DNA of 64,000 nt, taken from Dehalococcoidia bacterium. Its GTDB lineage: Bacteria > Chloroflexota > Dehalococcoidia > Lucifugimonadales > JAGWBF01. How positions within the stretch are numbered: position 1 is the stretch's first letter; the number at the start of each line of letters is the position of its first letter. Position numbers and translations under genes: made by a program. The DNA lies in the NCBI GenBank assembly GCA_965197405.1, contig OZ240206.1, forward strand, positions 1,820,920 through 1,884,919, written 5' to 3'. Under the pieces are notes generated by a model. It did no database searches, was not told the origin of the DNA, and saw only the letters and a program-made list of their open reading frames with translations. This document shows, piece after piece, positions 29,306-40,305 of the stretch.

Positions 29306-29744
29306 TCCAAGGCTCCGCGTCCCTGGGATAGTCCAGTATCTCCTGGGGTGAGAAGAAGAGCGCTATCTCCCTTTGCGCCGTCTCCACGGAATCGGACCCG
29401 TGAATCAGGTTGCGCCCTATGTCTATCGCCAGGTCCCCTCGTATGGTCCCCGGCGGGGCATTGACCGGGTTGGTGACGCCCATAGTGTTCCGGGTCATCT
29501 CCACGGCGTTATTCCCTTCCAGGACCATTGCGACCAGGGGGCCGGAAGTGATGAACTCCACCAGTCTTTTGAAAAAGGGTTTCCCCATGTGAGCGTCGTA
29601 GTGGCGGGCGGCCATGCCTTCGTCCATGTGGAGCATTTTCATGGCTGCAATCTTCAGTCCCCGGGACTCCAGGCGGGAGACCACCGCTCCCACCAGCCCC
29701 CGTTGTATGGCGTCGGGCTTTATGAGTACCAGCGTGCGTTCCAT
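29292..29744 (-). CDS. ndk: Nucleoside diphosphate kinase
   Basis: ERTLVLIKPD, PGTIRGD, NLIHGSDS. Confidence 0.97.
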   Translation of the reverse strand: MERTLVLIKPDAIQRGLVGAVVSRLESRGLKIAAMKMLHMDEGMAARHYDAHMGKPFFKRLVEFITSGPLVAMVLEGNNAVEMTRNTMGVTNPVNAPPGTIRGDLAIDIGRNLIHGSDSVETAQREIALFFSPQEILDYPRDAEPWITES

Positions 29745-29818
29745 TCTTCCTACTCTGTACCTCACATATTATGCATGGCGGAGCGCGTCTCAGGCATCCT
29801 GGACGATGGTCCGTCCCT

Positions 29819-30514
29819 CTATTGAGTCACCTTCCGCGGCGATTTGGGGGGGCCTATGCTGGGCCTGCGAAGGTAAAGGGGCTGGAGGGTCGCCGGAGCG
29901 TCCACGTCTCCGTTTTTCAGACGATCTCCGGCCAGCACGCCCAAGGCCCCCAGCCGGGATGCCTGGGTGTGGAAGCCGATGACGACGCCCTTACCGCCCA
30001 GGGCCTGGCGCAGGTACTCGCCGCGATTGGAGACGCCCTCCCCGCAGAGGAGAGTGGGCCTCGAAATGGACTCCACCAGCTCTTCGGGCGTGCAGACGCG
30101 CTCCTGCTCCAACCTTCTCCAGTGGCCTCCCGACTCCTGGAAGACGGCGGCGGCGACCTCGCTCCTGCCTGCGTCAAGGAGCGGGCAGATGGGCAGGCCC
30201 GTGCTGGCATAGGGGTATGCCTCCATCTCCAGAGTGCCTACTCCTACCAGGGGTATGTTCAGGGGCATAGCCAGACCCTTGGCGGCGCTGATGCCAACCC
30301 TCAGAGCACTGAATCCTCCGGGACCCAGGGCCACGGCGACGCTCTCCAGGCTCGAGGGGCCGGCCCCGGCCCTGTCCAGCACATACTTGATGGCGGGCAT
30401 AAGCTCGACGGTGTGATTGTGGACCGAGTACCAGGAGAGAGTGGAGATGATGCGGTCTTCGCTCCACAGGGATACCCCGGCATACCTGGTGGATGTATCA
30501 ATAGCCAGCAGCAT
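29819..30514 (-). CDS. tsaB: t6A biosynthesis protein TsaB
   Basis: LAIDTS, GPGGFSALRVG, DAGRSEV, PLYLR. Confidence 0.93.
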   Translation of the reverse strand: MLLAIDTSTRYAGVSLWSEDRIISTLSWYSVHNHTVELMPAIKYVLDRAGAGPSSLESVAVALGPGGFSALRVGISAAKGLAMPLNIPLVGVGTLEMEAYPYASTGLPICPLLDAGRSEVAAAVFQESGGHWRRLEQERVCTPEELVESISRPTLLCGEGVSNRGEYLRQALGGKGVVIGFHTQASRLGALGVLAGDRLKNGDVDAPATLQPLYLRRPSIGPPKSPRKVTQ

Positions 30515-30543
30515 TTCTCTTTGTTTCAATCACTCCGGGCCAA

Positions 30544-31050
30544 TTATTCCGGGCCGAGTTCACCCGCTTGCACATGGCTGTGGGCCTGATTCAAACCCTC
30601 CAGGATGTGCCCGTGCTCCCCTTCCGTTGTCGTTATGGTGATGAGGCGGTCCCTTTCCCCTGCGCCATACTCCAGCGCTATCCACATGCTCTCGGGGGGG
30701 AACACCTCGGCAGCCCTATCCGCCCACTCCACAACACACACATCCTGGCCGGACAGGTACTCCTCCAGGCCCAGGTCCCACGCCTCGATGGAGTCCTCGA
30801 TTCTGAACAGGTCAATATGGTGAAGGGTGAGCCGGCCCCTGTAACGGGTGGCGATGACGAAGGTGGGGCTTCTGGCGTACCCCTCGACCCCCAGTCCCCA
30901 GGCGATTCCCTGGGTGAGGCAGGTCTTGCCTGCGCCCATAGCCCCGGTGAGGAGGAAAATAGTGCCCGGCCCGGCCTCTCTACTCATGAGGCGGCCTATC
31001 TCGCGGGTCTCTTCAGGGCTATTGCTCACCAGACGCAAGGTGCGAGGCAT
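30544..31050 (-). CDS. tsaE: t6A biosynthesis ATPase TsaE
   Basis: G-MGAGKT, SPTF, H-DLFR, VEWA. Confidence 0.95.
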   Translation of the reverse strand: MPRTLRLVSNSPEETREIGRLMSREAGPGTIFLLTGAMGAGKTCLTQGIAWGLGVEGYARSPTFVIATRYRGRLTLHHIDLFRIEDSIEAWDLGLEEYLSGQDVCVVEWADRAAEVFPPESMWIALEYGAGERDRLITITTTEGEHGHILEGLNQAHSHVQAGELGPE

Positions 31051-32085
31051 CTACCCTCCGGCTCCCCCCGGGGCAGGCCTGAAATGGTCCCAGCCGCCGC
31101 GATGAGTATCGAGCATTTCCCCCGCCTGTGAGCCGACCACCGAGACCTGCCCAACCTCCCCCTCGACGATTTCGCCGACGACGGCAGCCGACGACGGCAG
31201 CAGGGCTAGGACCCGCTCCATAAGCTCGCCGGGCGCCGTGAAGAGAAGCTGGTAGTCCTCGCCACCGCTCAGGGCCATGACAATGCATCCTTCAGGGAAG
31301 ACCTCTTCAAGGGCCTGGTGGACCGGCACTTTGCGGGCGTCCAGCCTTGCAGCGACGCCGCTGGCCTGGCACAGCTTTGACAAGTCGTCCACCAGGCCGT
31401 CGCTTATATCCATAGCCGTCCGGACGCCGTTACGGGAGAGGACTCGCCCCTGGGAGATGCAAGGCTCCGGCCTCCTGTGCGCCCCCTTCAGGTACTCCGC
31501 GGCGTCGCCATACACGGGGAGGTCCTTCAACATAACCTCAAGGCCCCCTGCCGAGGAGCCCAGGTATCCCGTGACGGCTACCAGGTCGCCCTGCCTGGCG
31601 GTTGAGCGAAGCATCGGATCGCCCTCGCAAGCCCCGGTCAGCGTCACCGTCACGAACACGACGGGGGAGCGCACCATGTCCCCGCCCACGATGGCTACCC
31701 CGTACCGGTTGCCCAGCTCGGTCATGCCTCCGTACAGGGACTCGAGGCCCTCCACCTCCGCGTCGGGCGGCAGGCCAAGGGTTACAAGCGCATAGAGAGG
31801 TAGGCCGCCCATAGCGGCGATGTCGCTGACGTTGGCCGCCATTATCTTCCAGCCCAGGTCGTACCAGGGGGTGGTGGCCCTGGTGAAGTGCACTCCCTCC
31901 ACGGCGGTGTCGGTGGTGCAAAGCTCGGCGCCCTGGCCACAACGCCATGCAGCAGCATCATCCCCCACGTCCACCAGCAGATTGAAGCCGTGGGCGGTGG
32001 CGTTATCGGATCGCCTTCTTTCCCTGACGGCCACATCCGTCAGGAGCTTGATAAGCCCGAACTCGCCCAGGTCGCTCACCTTCAT
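31051..32085 (-). CDS. thiL: Thiamine-monophosphate kinase
   Basis: GEFGLI, GDDAA, EGVHF, NVSDIAAMGG, DISDGL, GGEDY-LLF, GWDHF. Confidence 0.95.
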   Translation of the reverse strand: MKVSDLGEFGLIKLLTDVAVRERRRSDNATAHGFNLLVDVGDDAAAWRCGQGAELCTTDTAVEGVHFTRATTPWYDLGWKIMAANVSDIAAMGGLPLYALVTLGLPPDAEVEGLESLYGGMTELGNRYGVAIVGGDMVRSPVVFVTVTLTGACEGDPMLRSTARQGDLVAVTGYLGSSAGGLEVMLKDLPVYGDAAEYLKGAHRRPEPCISQGRVLSRNGVRTAMDISDGLVDDLSKLCQASGVAARLDARKVPVHQALEEVFPEGCIVMALSGGEDYQLLFTAPGELMERVLALLPSSAAVVGEIVEGEVGQVSVVGSQAGEMLDTHRGGWDHFRPAPGGAGG

Positions 32086-32195
32086 CGTGAGGGATTATAT
32101 CCTTTTCCGGCAGTTGTCTCAAGATGAGGACCGGAGATGGGGTATAATGTTAAGAACGGCGTATTCTCAGCACATGCTGGGGTAGCGGAGGAGTC

Positions 32196-32927
32196 TTGCG
32201 CTCTCTTATCCTTTCAGATATACACTCCAACCTTGAGGCCCTGGAGGCCGTGCTGGCCGACGCGGAGAGCAGGGGAGGCTTCGACGAGGTCTGGTGCCTG
32301 GGGGATACGGTAGGCTACGGGCCGGACCCGGGCAGGTGCATAGCGCTTCTGCAGCAGCACAACTTCACCAGCGTGGTGGGGAACCATGACCTGGCCGCGG
32401 TCGGCAGCCTGAGCACCCGCGACTTCAACGCACACGCTCGCTTTGCAGCCCATTGGACGGCATCCCAGTTGACCCGTGAGGAGGCCCGGTTCCTCTCCTC
32501 GCTGCCCCGGGTGCTCAGGAGGGGGGATTTCACCCTGGTGCATGGCAGCCTCAGGGACCCGGTGCTGGAGTACCTAATCTCTGCCGAATCTGCGATGGCT
32601 ACGTTCCGCCTCCTTGAGACCCCTTTCTGCCTGGTAGGCCACTCTCACATACCCTTCGTGTGTCGAGAGGGGGACTCGGAGTACAACCTTGAGCCATTCC
32701 CGGAAGGGGATGCTATTCGCCTGGGCGGGGAGCGGCTGGTAATCAACCCGGGAGGGGTGGGGCAGCCCAGGGACCACGACCCCAGGCCCAGCTACGCAAT
32801 TTACGATGGCGATGAGGGAACGATTCGGAGGCAGAGGGTTGGCTACGAGATAGCCGCCACCCAGGAAAAGATGCGCCGCGCCGGCTTGCCCGGACCCCTC
32901 ATCAACCGCCTGGACTTCGGGGTGTAG
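32196..32927 (+). CDS. Calcineurin-like metallophosphoesterase
   Basis: SDIHSN, LGD-VGYG, GNHD, HGS, GHSH, NPG-VGQPRD. Confidence 0.92.
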   Translation: MRSLILSDIHSNLEALEAVLADAESRGGFDEVWCLGDTVGYGPDPGRCIALLQQHNFTSVVGNHDLAAVGSLSTRDFNAHARFAAHWTASQLTREEARFLSSLPRVLRRGDFTLVHGSLRDPVLEYLISAESAMATFRLLETPFCLVGHSHIPFVCREGDSEYNLEPFPEGDAIRLGGERLVINPGGVGQPRDHDPRPSYAIYDGDEGTIRRQRVGYEIAATQEKMRRAGLPGPLINRLDFGV

Positions 32928-32957
32928 GAGGCCAGGTAGAAGGCGCGAAGGCAACAA

Positions 32958-33086
32958 GAGGGATTTCAGAAGTCCCTTCTTCCTTGACGGGAGAAGGTTA
33001 GGATGAGGGTGACGGCCTTGCCGATGGGAAAGCCCCCTCACCCTAACCCTCTCCCACGAGGGGAGAGGGGACTTTGCACATGCCCT
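32958..33086. repeat. CCCCTCACCCTAACCCTCTCCC hairpin doublet
   Basis: GGGAGAAGGTTAGGATGAGGG ... CCCCTCACCCTAACCCTCTCCC..GGGAGAGGGG; related to 8157-8283. Confidence 0.7.
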
Positions 33087-33107
33087 GACCCGAGACAAAA
33101 CGGCTGG

Positions 33108-33136
33108 TTGACGGTGCTGTGGGGTTCCCCTATAAT
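33108..33136 (+). promoter_or_regulatory. Putative sigma70 promoter
   Basis: TTGACG-17 nt-TATAAT upstream of SDR gene. Confidence 0.6.
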
Positions 33137-33173
33137 TGCCTCGTCAAGGAAAGGTCAGCAGTGGGGGATAGGC

Positions 33174-33941
33174 ATGGCAGACAGGCTTAAGGACAAGGTA
33201 GCCATCGTTACCGGGGCCGCTTCGGGCATAGGTCGCCAGACGGTCCTACGCTTCGTCCAGGAAGGGGCCAAGGTAGTGGCGGCAGACCGCAACCGCACCG
33301 GCGGAACGGAGACTGAGAACCTGGCAAGGGAGTACGGCCCCGACGTGGTCTATGCTCCCCTTGACGTGTCCCGCACGGACCAGGTGAGCGGCGTAGTAGA
33401 CCAGGCCGTGGACCGCTTCGGGCGGCTCGACGTGCTGGTGAACGCAGCAGCTATCCTGATCATCACACCTCCCCTGGCAGAGGTGGATGAGTCGGACTGG
33501 GACCTGATTATGGCGACCAATCTGAAGGGACTGTTCTTCTGCTGCAAGTATGCCATTCCCGCCATGGTCCGCACCGGAGGCGGCTCCATTGTGAACATAG
33601 CATCCCAGGCCGGCGTACAGGCTTACCCCTATTCCCTTCCCTACGCCGTCAGCAAGGCCGGGGTGATTCACCTGACGACCACGGCAGCCAGCGAGTATAC
33701 CTCACAGGGGGTCCGGGTCAACGCCATCGCTCCAGGCCCCATAGACACCCCCCAGATGCGAGGCAGCACCGCCAGCGCCGAGGCCTTCCAGGGCATGGTG
33801 GACAGGCATCCTATGCAACGGGCAGGTCGCCCCGATGAGATTGCCAATACTATCCTTTTCCTCGCCTCGGACGAGTCCTCATTCGTCAGTGGCAGCACCT
33901 TTCTCGTTGACGGTGGTTCAGTGGCTTCAGGGAGCTTATAA
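33174..33941 (+). CDS. Short-chain dehydrogenase/reductase
   Basis: TGAASGIG, YAVSK, RVNAIAPG, VDGG. Confidence 0.93.
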   Translation: MADRLKDKVAIVTGAASGIGRQTVLRFVQEGAKVVAADRNRTGGTETENLAREYGPDVVYAPLDVSRTDQVSGVVDQAVDRFGRLDVLVNAAAILIITPPLAEVDESDWDLIMATNLKGLFFCCKYAIPAMVRTGGGSIVNIASQAGVQAYPYSLPYAVSKAGVIHLTTTAASEYTSQGVRVNAIAPGPIDTPQMRGSTASAEAFQGMVDRHPMQRAGRPDEIANTILFLASDESSFVSGSTFLVDGGSVASGSL

Positions 33942-33959
33942 GCAGGTTGGGTAGGTATT

Positions 33960-34202
33960 ATGGAAGCGTTAGTGGAGATAGTAAATAAGGCCATCGCCGA
34001 CTATGGATTTCGCCAGGTGGTGCTGTGGAGCACGGAGGACGTCATAGTCCGGTGGAGTCTGGCGTCCCGTGAGGGACAGGTGCTCCAGGGGCCGGTGAGA
34101 GACGCCCTGGAAGCGCTGCCCATACCCGTGGAGCCTCGAGACATCCCCGCCGAGCAAGACCGGCTGGCTCGACTCATCAACGATGCCCTGAGTGGACCCT
34201 AA
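33960..34202 (+). CDS. Small hypothetical protein
   Basis: 80-aa ORF filling the gap between SDR and cupin genes in the same orientation. Confidence 0.6.
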   Translation: MEALVEIVNKAIADYGFRQVVLWSTEDVIVRWSLASREGQVLQGPVRDALEALPIPVEPRDIPAEQDRLARLINDALSGP

Positions 34203-34222
34203 GCGTCAGATGAGCATTAGAG

Positions 34223-34558
34223 ATGGATGCCTTTGATATTTCTGACCTGGTAGTACAGCGGGAGCAGTCCGACCGCCTCTATCTCGAGTTCCTGCGGGCC
34301 TCAACCCTGAGCCTCGGACTCTACGCGCTCCAGGCCGGGCAGGACGACCCCCAGAAACCCCACGCCGAGGACGAAGTTTACTACGTTGTAGAGGGCAAGG
34401 GCGCTATGCAGGTCGGCACGGAGAGTCGCCCGGTGGGTCCGGGCAGCATAGTGTTCGTGGGCGCGGGGGTTGAGCATCGGTTTCACACAATCACGGAAGA
34501 CCTGAGCATTCTCGTATTCTTCGCGCCACCCCTGCGGTCTCGGCCCGTCAGTGGATAG
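34223..34558 (+). CDS. Cupin domain protein
   Basis: PH-EDEVYYV--G-G...V-AGVEHRF. Confidence 0.88.
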   Translation: MDAFDISDLVVQREQSDRLYLEFLRASTLSLGLYALQAGQDDPQKPHAEDEVYYVVEGKGAMQVGTESRPVGPGSIVFVGAGVEHRFHTITEDLSILVFFAPPLRSRPVSG

Positions 34559-34701
34559 TGGGCAGTGGTTAGTGGATAGCCCCTTCCCTCAGGGGCGCAA
34601 TCCCGCTTTCCGGCGCCAAACTGCGCCTGCGGTTGACGGTAGGGCAACTTCTAAATACAATAGCCCCAATCCAGAAGAGCCGGACAAGGGGGGACGCGCG
34701 T

Positions 34702-35493
34702 ATGAAGAGGTTCGAGGAGTACGCAGACAAGTACGAAAACGTCAGGATGGAGCGCCGCAACGGAGTCCTTCAGGTCACTTTCCATGAGGGAGACGGGAGC
34801 ATGGTCTGGGGCGAGGTCCCCCACCGCGAGTTGGGCTATGCCTTCAGCGACATCGGAAGCGACCCCGAAACCAGGGTCGTCATTATGACCGGCACGGGCG
34901 ATGCCTTCATAGCACGAGGCCCCGGCCCGAAGCCCGCCTGGTTGTCGCCGCCGGCAGGCTCGGGCAAGACCTGGAGCCTGCCAGGTCTTTGGGACAAGAC
35001 CTACTGGGAGGGGAAGCGACTGCTGATGAACCTCCTGGACATTGAGGTGCCCGTCATCTGCGCGGTGAACGGCCAGGCCCGGACCCACTCGGAGATTGCC
35101 CTGCTCTCCGACATCGTGCTGGCCGAGGAGGGCACCGTGTTCCAGGACGCGGGCCACTTCCCGGGGGGCATCCCGCCCGGGGATGGAGTACATGTGATGT
35201 ATCCTCTGCTGATGGGCATGAACCGGGGCCGGTACTTCCTGCTGACGGGCCAGGAGGTGGGCGCGCGTGAGGCGCTTGAGCTTGGCCTGGTCAGCGAGGT
35301 CGTGCCGAGGGAGAATCTCCTGCCCAGGGCGTGGGAGCTGGCGGAGCAGCTGGCCCAGAAACCTCCTCTTACGCTGCGATACACCAGGGTCGCATTCACC
35401 ATCCATCTCAAGCGTCTTATGCAGGACATGCTCGGCTATGGGCTGGCCGTGGAGGGTCTGGCCGCAGTGGACGGGGAGCTATCGGACAGGTGA
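34702..35493 (+). CDS. Enoyl-CoA hydratase/isomerase family protein
   Basis: [33 protein letters not shown]. Confidence 0.88.
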   Translation: MKRFEEYADKYENVRMERRNGVLQVTFHEGDGSMVWGEVPHRELGYAFSDIGSDPETRVVIMTGTGDAFIARGPGPKPAWLSPPAGSGKTWSLPGLWDKTYWEGKRLLMNLLDIEVPVICAVNGQARTHSEIALLSDIVLAEEGTVFQDAGHFPGGIPPGDGVHVMYPLLMGMNRGRYFLLTGQEVGAREALELGLVSEVVPRENLLPRAWELAEQLAQKPPLTLRYTRVAFTIHLKRLMQDMLGYGLAVEGLAAVDGELSDR

Positions 35494-35670
35494 CGTAACG
35501 CCGCTCCAACCACCGCCGCTGCGCTACAGGCTATTCCGGTTGCATCACGCGTTCGACTGGAGACGGGGCATGGACTCACGCTTTCTCGGGAGAGACGGTT
35601 AAGGGCGCGGGACTTATTCAGCAGGGGCAACCCTAGTGGTTGCCCATCCCACGCCTTGGGAAACACACTA

Positions 35671-37173
35671 TTAGTCTAACGGGCCTTCGCTGACGCGGGA
35701 TTGGGGTGACGGGGCCAGCGCTTCCCTGACCTTCTCACTCTTCAGGAAACATAAGACTACCCCTATCACCATCAGGCCCCCCAGCACCATGAAGACCCTG
35801 TGCAACCCGGTGACGAAGGCGTGGGCCATCTCCGTTCCTCCCTCCACAGAGACCGCCTCCAGCTTGGGGTCAAACCCCATGGACGCCATCGTGGCCACGA
35901 CTATGGCGGTAGATAGGGCCACAGTGGTAACGCTGGCCGAGGTCCGCATGAGCTGGGTAAGCGCCGACGCCACCCCGTACCTGTACCGCTCCACCGCGCT
36001 CAGGATGGAGTTGTTGTTCGGGGACTCGAACATGCCGTCTCCGGCCATCAGGAGCATCAATAGCGGGATTACCAGGGCGATGGAGGAGGTCTCCGTGAGC
36101 TTGGTGGACAGGACAAACAGCGCGACGGCAATCATTGCCAGCCCGCCCATGGTGAGCTTCCTCCAGCCGATGCGGTCCGAGAGGCGGCCACTGACGGGTC
36201 CCAGGATAGTCATGCAAACGAAGGCCGGAATCACCATCAGGCCCGCTTTTTCCGGGGGGTAGCCCAGCACGTTCTGAAGGTAGAAGGGCATCATGAACAG
36301 CAACCCGTATAATGCCATGAAAGCTATCCACCCGCTCATCACACCCAGGGCGACGAGCCTGCGCTTGAACAGCGTCAGGTCCAGCATGGGGGAGGAAGTA
36401 TGTAGCTCCCACCAGATAAAGGCGGCCAGGAGGAACACGGAGGCCAGCAGCCCGCCCACAATGGGGGCCGAGCCCCAGCCAAGCCGGCTGCCGTAGGTCA
36501 TGGCCAGAAGGAAGGCCAGCAGCGCCCCGGCGGACATCACCGCTCCAAACCAGTCGAATTTTGGACGCAGGCCTCCCTGGGTATCCTGGGACAGGCTCCT
36601 TCTATCCAGAATGATCAGGGCTGCGATGGTGCCAATGACCCCGGTCGGGACGGCGATAAGAAATACGGCGCGCCAAGTCAGAGCGGTGACCAGAAAGCCA
36701 CCCAGAGCCGGTCCCACAATGGCCCCAAGGCCAACCATGCTCAGGTAGAAACCCAGGGCCTTGCCCCGTTCGCGTTCGGGGAAGACGGAGGTCATCAAGG
36801 CAATGCCATTGCCCACAAGCATGGCGCCGCCGGCCCCCAGAAGGATATTGGCCATTATGAGCATTATGATGCCAGTGGAGAATCCCGCCAGGACTGCTCC
36901 AAGGACAAAGGTAATGAACCCCGCGATGTATACCTGCCCGCGACCGATTATATCTGCCAATCGCCCCATGGGCAGGAGCAGGATGCTGATGGCAAGGGCG
37001 TAGCCAACCACCACCCATTGGACCGTGGGGAGGTCGGCGTCGAAATGGCCTTCTATGCTGGGCAGGGCTACCATGACTCCAAGCTCATTCGCCACAGTCA
37101 TGAAGGTGCTTATGGCGACTACTGTGAAGACCCACCACTTGTAGTTGGGGCTTTGGATTATACTCTGTCTCAT
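35671..37173 (-). CDS. MFS transporter (DHA2-like)
   Basis: VALPSI, GRLADIIGR, ERGKALG, GPALGG, GRLSDRIG. Confidence 0.9.
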   Translation of the reverse strand: MRQSIIQSPNYKWWVFTVVAISTFMTVANELGVMVALPSIEGHFDADLPTVQWVVVGYALAISILLLPMGRLADIIGRGQVYIAGFITFVLGAVLAGFSTGIIMLIMANILLGAGGAMLVGNGIALMTSVFPERERGKALGFYLSMVGLGAIVGPALGGFLVTALTWRAVFLIAVPTGVIGTIAALIILDRRSLSQDTQGGLRPKFDWFGAVMSAGALLAFLLAMTYGSRLGWGSAPIVGGLLASVFLLAAFIWWELHTSSPMLDLTLFKRRLVALGVMSGWIAFMALYGLLFMMPFYLQNVLGYPPEKAGLMVIPAFVCMTILGPVSGRLSDRIGWRKLTMGGLAMIAVALFVLSTKLTETSSIALVIPLLMLLMAGDGMFESPNNNSILSAVERYRYGVASALTQLMRTSASVTTVALSTAIVVATMASMGFDPKLEAVSVEGGTEMAHAFVTGLHRVFMVLGGLMVIGVVLCFLKSEKVREALAPSPQSRVSEGPLD

Positions 37174-37274
37174 GAAGTATTTCCCTGCAATATAGCCATT
37201 GGCCTCGCCTTAAAAGGTCGCGGACTCCACGATGGCCTGAATAATAGACGAATAGACGGGGCGCGTCCCGTTGA

Positions 37275-37482
37275 GAGGGTGTTTAACAAGTCCTCGCAGC
37301 CGGTCAGCCGCCGTCAACTTGTCTGCGTCCAGGCGGGCGGGGCAGGGACGACGCAAATGTGTCATTCCGAACGGAGCGAAACGGAGTGAGGAATCTCAGA
37401 TACGGGCTTATTCAAGAGCATGGATTTTAGATCCCTCACTGCGCTCGGAATGACGGGGCTGCATTTGGTTTTTAGCACCCAC
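37275..37482. mobile_element. Family B MITE (GAGGGTGT end)
   Basis: GAGGGTGTTTAACAAGTCCTCG matches the end of the hicA insert; right end AGCACCCAC then TTA; REP-like doublet inside. Confidence 0.65.
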
Positions 37483-37535
37483 TTAGATTCTTCGCCGCTC
37501 CTCAGAATGGAGCGCGGTGGGGGACTGCCAGCCGG

Positions 37536-39053
37536 CTACAGAGTTTCCCAGTTGACGTGCTGCTCGAAGGCGTGGGCTGCTCGCAGGACGGTGGCGTCGT
37601 CGAAGCGTTTGCCTATGAGCATCAGCCCTATCGGCAGCCCATTCGACTTCCCGCAGGGGACGCTTATGGCCGGGTGTCCCGTCATGTCGAAGGGCATCGT
37701 ATTCTGGGGCACGCTCCAGCCGTGGCTGATTAGCTCCACTATGTCCGAGTTGGGCACATGCTTGTGGGCTTTCATCGGGGTGGTGGGCATTGCCAGCAGG
37801 TCCACCTCCTCAAAGGCCCGGTCATAGCTGGCCCGCAGGACGCGCCTCAGATTCTGCGCCCTTCCGTACATCCGCCCATGATACCTCTCGCTCATGTAGG
37901 TGCCCACCAGAAGCAGCATCTTCACCGTCGGCGGAAAATCGTTTGCCTGGGACTGTCGGGCCCTGCCCAGCGCCTCCATCAGGCTGACGTTGTAGAAACC
38001 CTGCCAGCCATACCCGGCGCCGTTGGCCTGAAGCAGGGCGGCGGCGCCCTCTCCCACAAGGCCCCAGCCGATCGCCCCTGCGGTCTCCCTATGGGCGGGG
38101 ACGGACATTTCCCTCGTCTCCGCCCCCAACTCGCTGAACACCTCCATCGCCCTGCGCACGCCGGCATCCACGTCAGGCTCCGACGACTCCCACCCGAATC
38201 CTTCGCTCACTATCCCGATTCGCAGCCCGCTCGCGGACTGTCCCAGGGCTTCGGTGTAGGGCTGCACGGGTACTTCGTACTGCCTGGGGTCCAGGGGGTC
38301 CTTCCCGGCAATCACCTCCAGGGTAAGGGCCACGTCAGCTACGGTCCTTCCCATAGGGCCTACGTGGTCGAAGGTGCTGTCCACGCCGACTATGCCGGTG
38401 TAGGGCACCAGGCTGTGGGTGGGCTTGTGGCCTACGACTCCGCAAAAGGAGGCGGGCATCCTGATAGAGCCTCCCTGGTCTCCGCCGATGGTAATATCTA
38501 TGTAGTCATAATAGAGGGCTGCCCCTGAGCCGGCGGAGGATCCGCCCGTCATATGCTCCGGGTTATGGGGGTTTAGCACAGGCCCCTGGGCGCTGGTATC
38601 CCCCGCGCCCGAGGCGGCGAAGTCGTCCATGCTGAGCATGGCGACGATCTCGGCCCCTTCGTCCAGCAGCCGGGTCACTATGGTGGCGTCAGTGTCCGCC
38701 ACGTAGCCGTCCAGCAATAAAGAGCCGCACTGCATGGGCATGCCAGCCACACAGACGTTGTTTTTCAAGCCGAACCTCTTGCCTGCCAGCTTCCCGGAGG
38801 ACGCACCCTTCAGGACGCACCGGCGCACGATGGCGTTCAGGGGGTCCTCCTCCCGGGAGGGCCTGTAACCCGCATCGCGGTGGGGGTACTTGAGGGGCTC
38901 CTGGGGCATGGGCATCTGCTCCAGGGTCTCGTAGGTGGAGAACATGCCGGGCATCAGCGCTTGAAACTCTGCCACCTCCTGGTCGCTCAGCTCGAAGTGG
39001 TTGGCTGTGGCTATCCTGTGCAGGTCGTCTGGCGTAGGAAGGCGAATTGCCAT
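37536..39053 (-). CDS. Amidase signature family protein
   Basis: K in GLKNN, GGSSAGSG, GGDQGGSIR-PAS-CG, PAISVP. Confidence 0.92.
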   Translation of the reverse strand: MAIRLPTPDDLHRIATANHFELSDQEVAEFQALMPGMFSTYETLEQMPMPQEPLKYPHRDAGYRPSREEDPLNAIVRRCVLKGASSGKLAGKRFGLKNNVCVAGMPMQCGSLLLDGYVADTDATIVTRLLDEGAEIVAMLSMDDFAASGAGDTSAQGPVLNPHNPEHMTGGSSAGSGAALYYDYIDITIGGDQGGSIRMPASFCGVVGHKPTHSLVPYTGIVGVDSTFDHVGPMGRTVADVALTLEVIAGKDPLDPRQYEVPVQPYTEALGQSASGLRIGIVSEGFGWESSEPDVDAGVRRAMEVFSELGAETREMSVPAHRETAGAIGWGLVGEGAAALLQANGAGYGWQGFYNVSLMEALGRARQSQANDFPPTVKMLLLVGTYMSERYHGRMYGRAQNLRRVLRASYDRAFEEVDLLAMPTTPMKAHKHVPNSDIVELISHGWSVPQNTMPFDMTGHPAISVPCGKSNGLPIGLMLIGKRFDDATVLRAAHAFEQHVNWETL

Positions 39054-39286
39054 GAGAGCCTCCTCATTTGTTGGGCTACTAAAATTCTCGCGATCGCCTC
39101 TCGATATTGAAAGAAGCGCCATCCTTGACCAGGCAATTGTATTGGCAACTCCGACCCCCGTCAAGGCTAAAGCTGCTTCGGACTCTTTGGGGAGGACCAA
39201 CAGCCGTCAACGGTCTCGCCGGCCATCCTGACGGTCTCCGCCATGCTATAATTGACCCTATAATAAGATTTGTTGGATAAGAGGCT

Positions 39287-40270
39287 ATGACCGAGCAAAA
39301 CCCTACCTCTGAACATCCGGGACCCTCGGAGCAGTCGAGGCCTATCATAAAGGCCCAGCCTCGGAGCTTCTTCAAGGCCCCCCTATGCACCAACCTGGAT
39401 GAGCTGGACGCCGACGTGTCCTTTATAGGCGTGCCATTCGACCAGGGCACCCTTGGCAGGCCGGGCGCACGCTTCGGCCCCGACGCCATAAGGGATGCCC
39501 CAAGGGCCTACTCCTACACGGACCCCTTTGGCCGGCAGAGGGAGGCTGAAGGCTTCTTCGACGTTGACGCCGGGGACGAGCTACTCAGGGGCATCACTAT
39601 GGCCGACTGCGGCAACATAAACACATTGCCCTCGGACGTGCTATCGAACTTCGAGAAGCTGACCACGGCCGTGGAAAAGGTCGTGGAGAGGGGGGCGTTC
39701 CCGGTGGTGGTAGGGGGAGACCATTCCATCACCTACCCCGTAGTCCGGGGTCTCAGCAGATTCGCGCCGCTGAATATCGTCCATTTCGACGCCCACATGG
39801 ACTACGCGCACGATTACCAGGGAGTGCTGTACACCCACGGCAGCCCCATTCGCCGTTGCCGGGAGCTGCCCTTCGTCGGGCACATAGCCTCTATAGGCAT
39901 ACGCTCGACGAGGAGAGCGCCTTACGAGGAGTCTCAACGGGATGGGAACCTGGTCATCACCACCAGCCAGTTCCGACAGCTGGGAGCGCAGGGCGTAACC
40001 GCCCTCCTGCCGGAGCCGGAATACCTGTATGTCACCTTTGACATTGACGTGATGGACCCCAGCCAGGCGCCGGGGACGGGGACCCCTGAGATCGGCGGGC
40101 TGCACTACCACGAGGTACGGGACTGTCTCATCGCCATAGCCGGCAGGGCCAATCTGGTGGGCTTCGACCTGGTGGAGGTGGCGCCGTCCTACGACTCCTC
40201 CGAGATTACCAGCCAGCTTGCAGCAAAGCTCATCATAGACGTGCTGGCCGCCCGCTTTCCCTCCCGGTAA
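39287..40270 (+). CDS. Ureohydrolase (agmatinase/guanidinase-like)
   Basis: GARFGP, GGDHSIT, DAHMD, TFDIDVMDP, APGTGTPE-GG. Confidence 0.9.
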   Translation: MTEQNPTSEHPGPSEQSRPIIKAQPRSFFKAPLCTNLDELDADVSFIGVPFDQGTLGRPGARFGPDAIRDAPRAYSYTDPFGRQREAEGFFDVDAGDELLRGITMADCGNINTLPSDVLSNFEKLTTAVEKVVERGAFPVVVGGDHSITYPVVRGLSRFAPLNIVHFDAHMDYAHDYQGVLYTHGSPIRRCRELPFVGHIASIGIRSTRRAPYEESQRDGNLVITTSQFRQLGAQGVTALLPEPEYLYVTFDIDVMDPSQAPGTGTPEIGGLHYHEVRDCLIAIAGRANLVGFDLVEVAPSYDSSEITSQLAAKLIIDVLAARFPSR

Positions 40271-40305
40271 TCCCCGGTAGTCCAACAGAACGGGCCTTGC
40301 ACCGT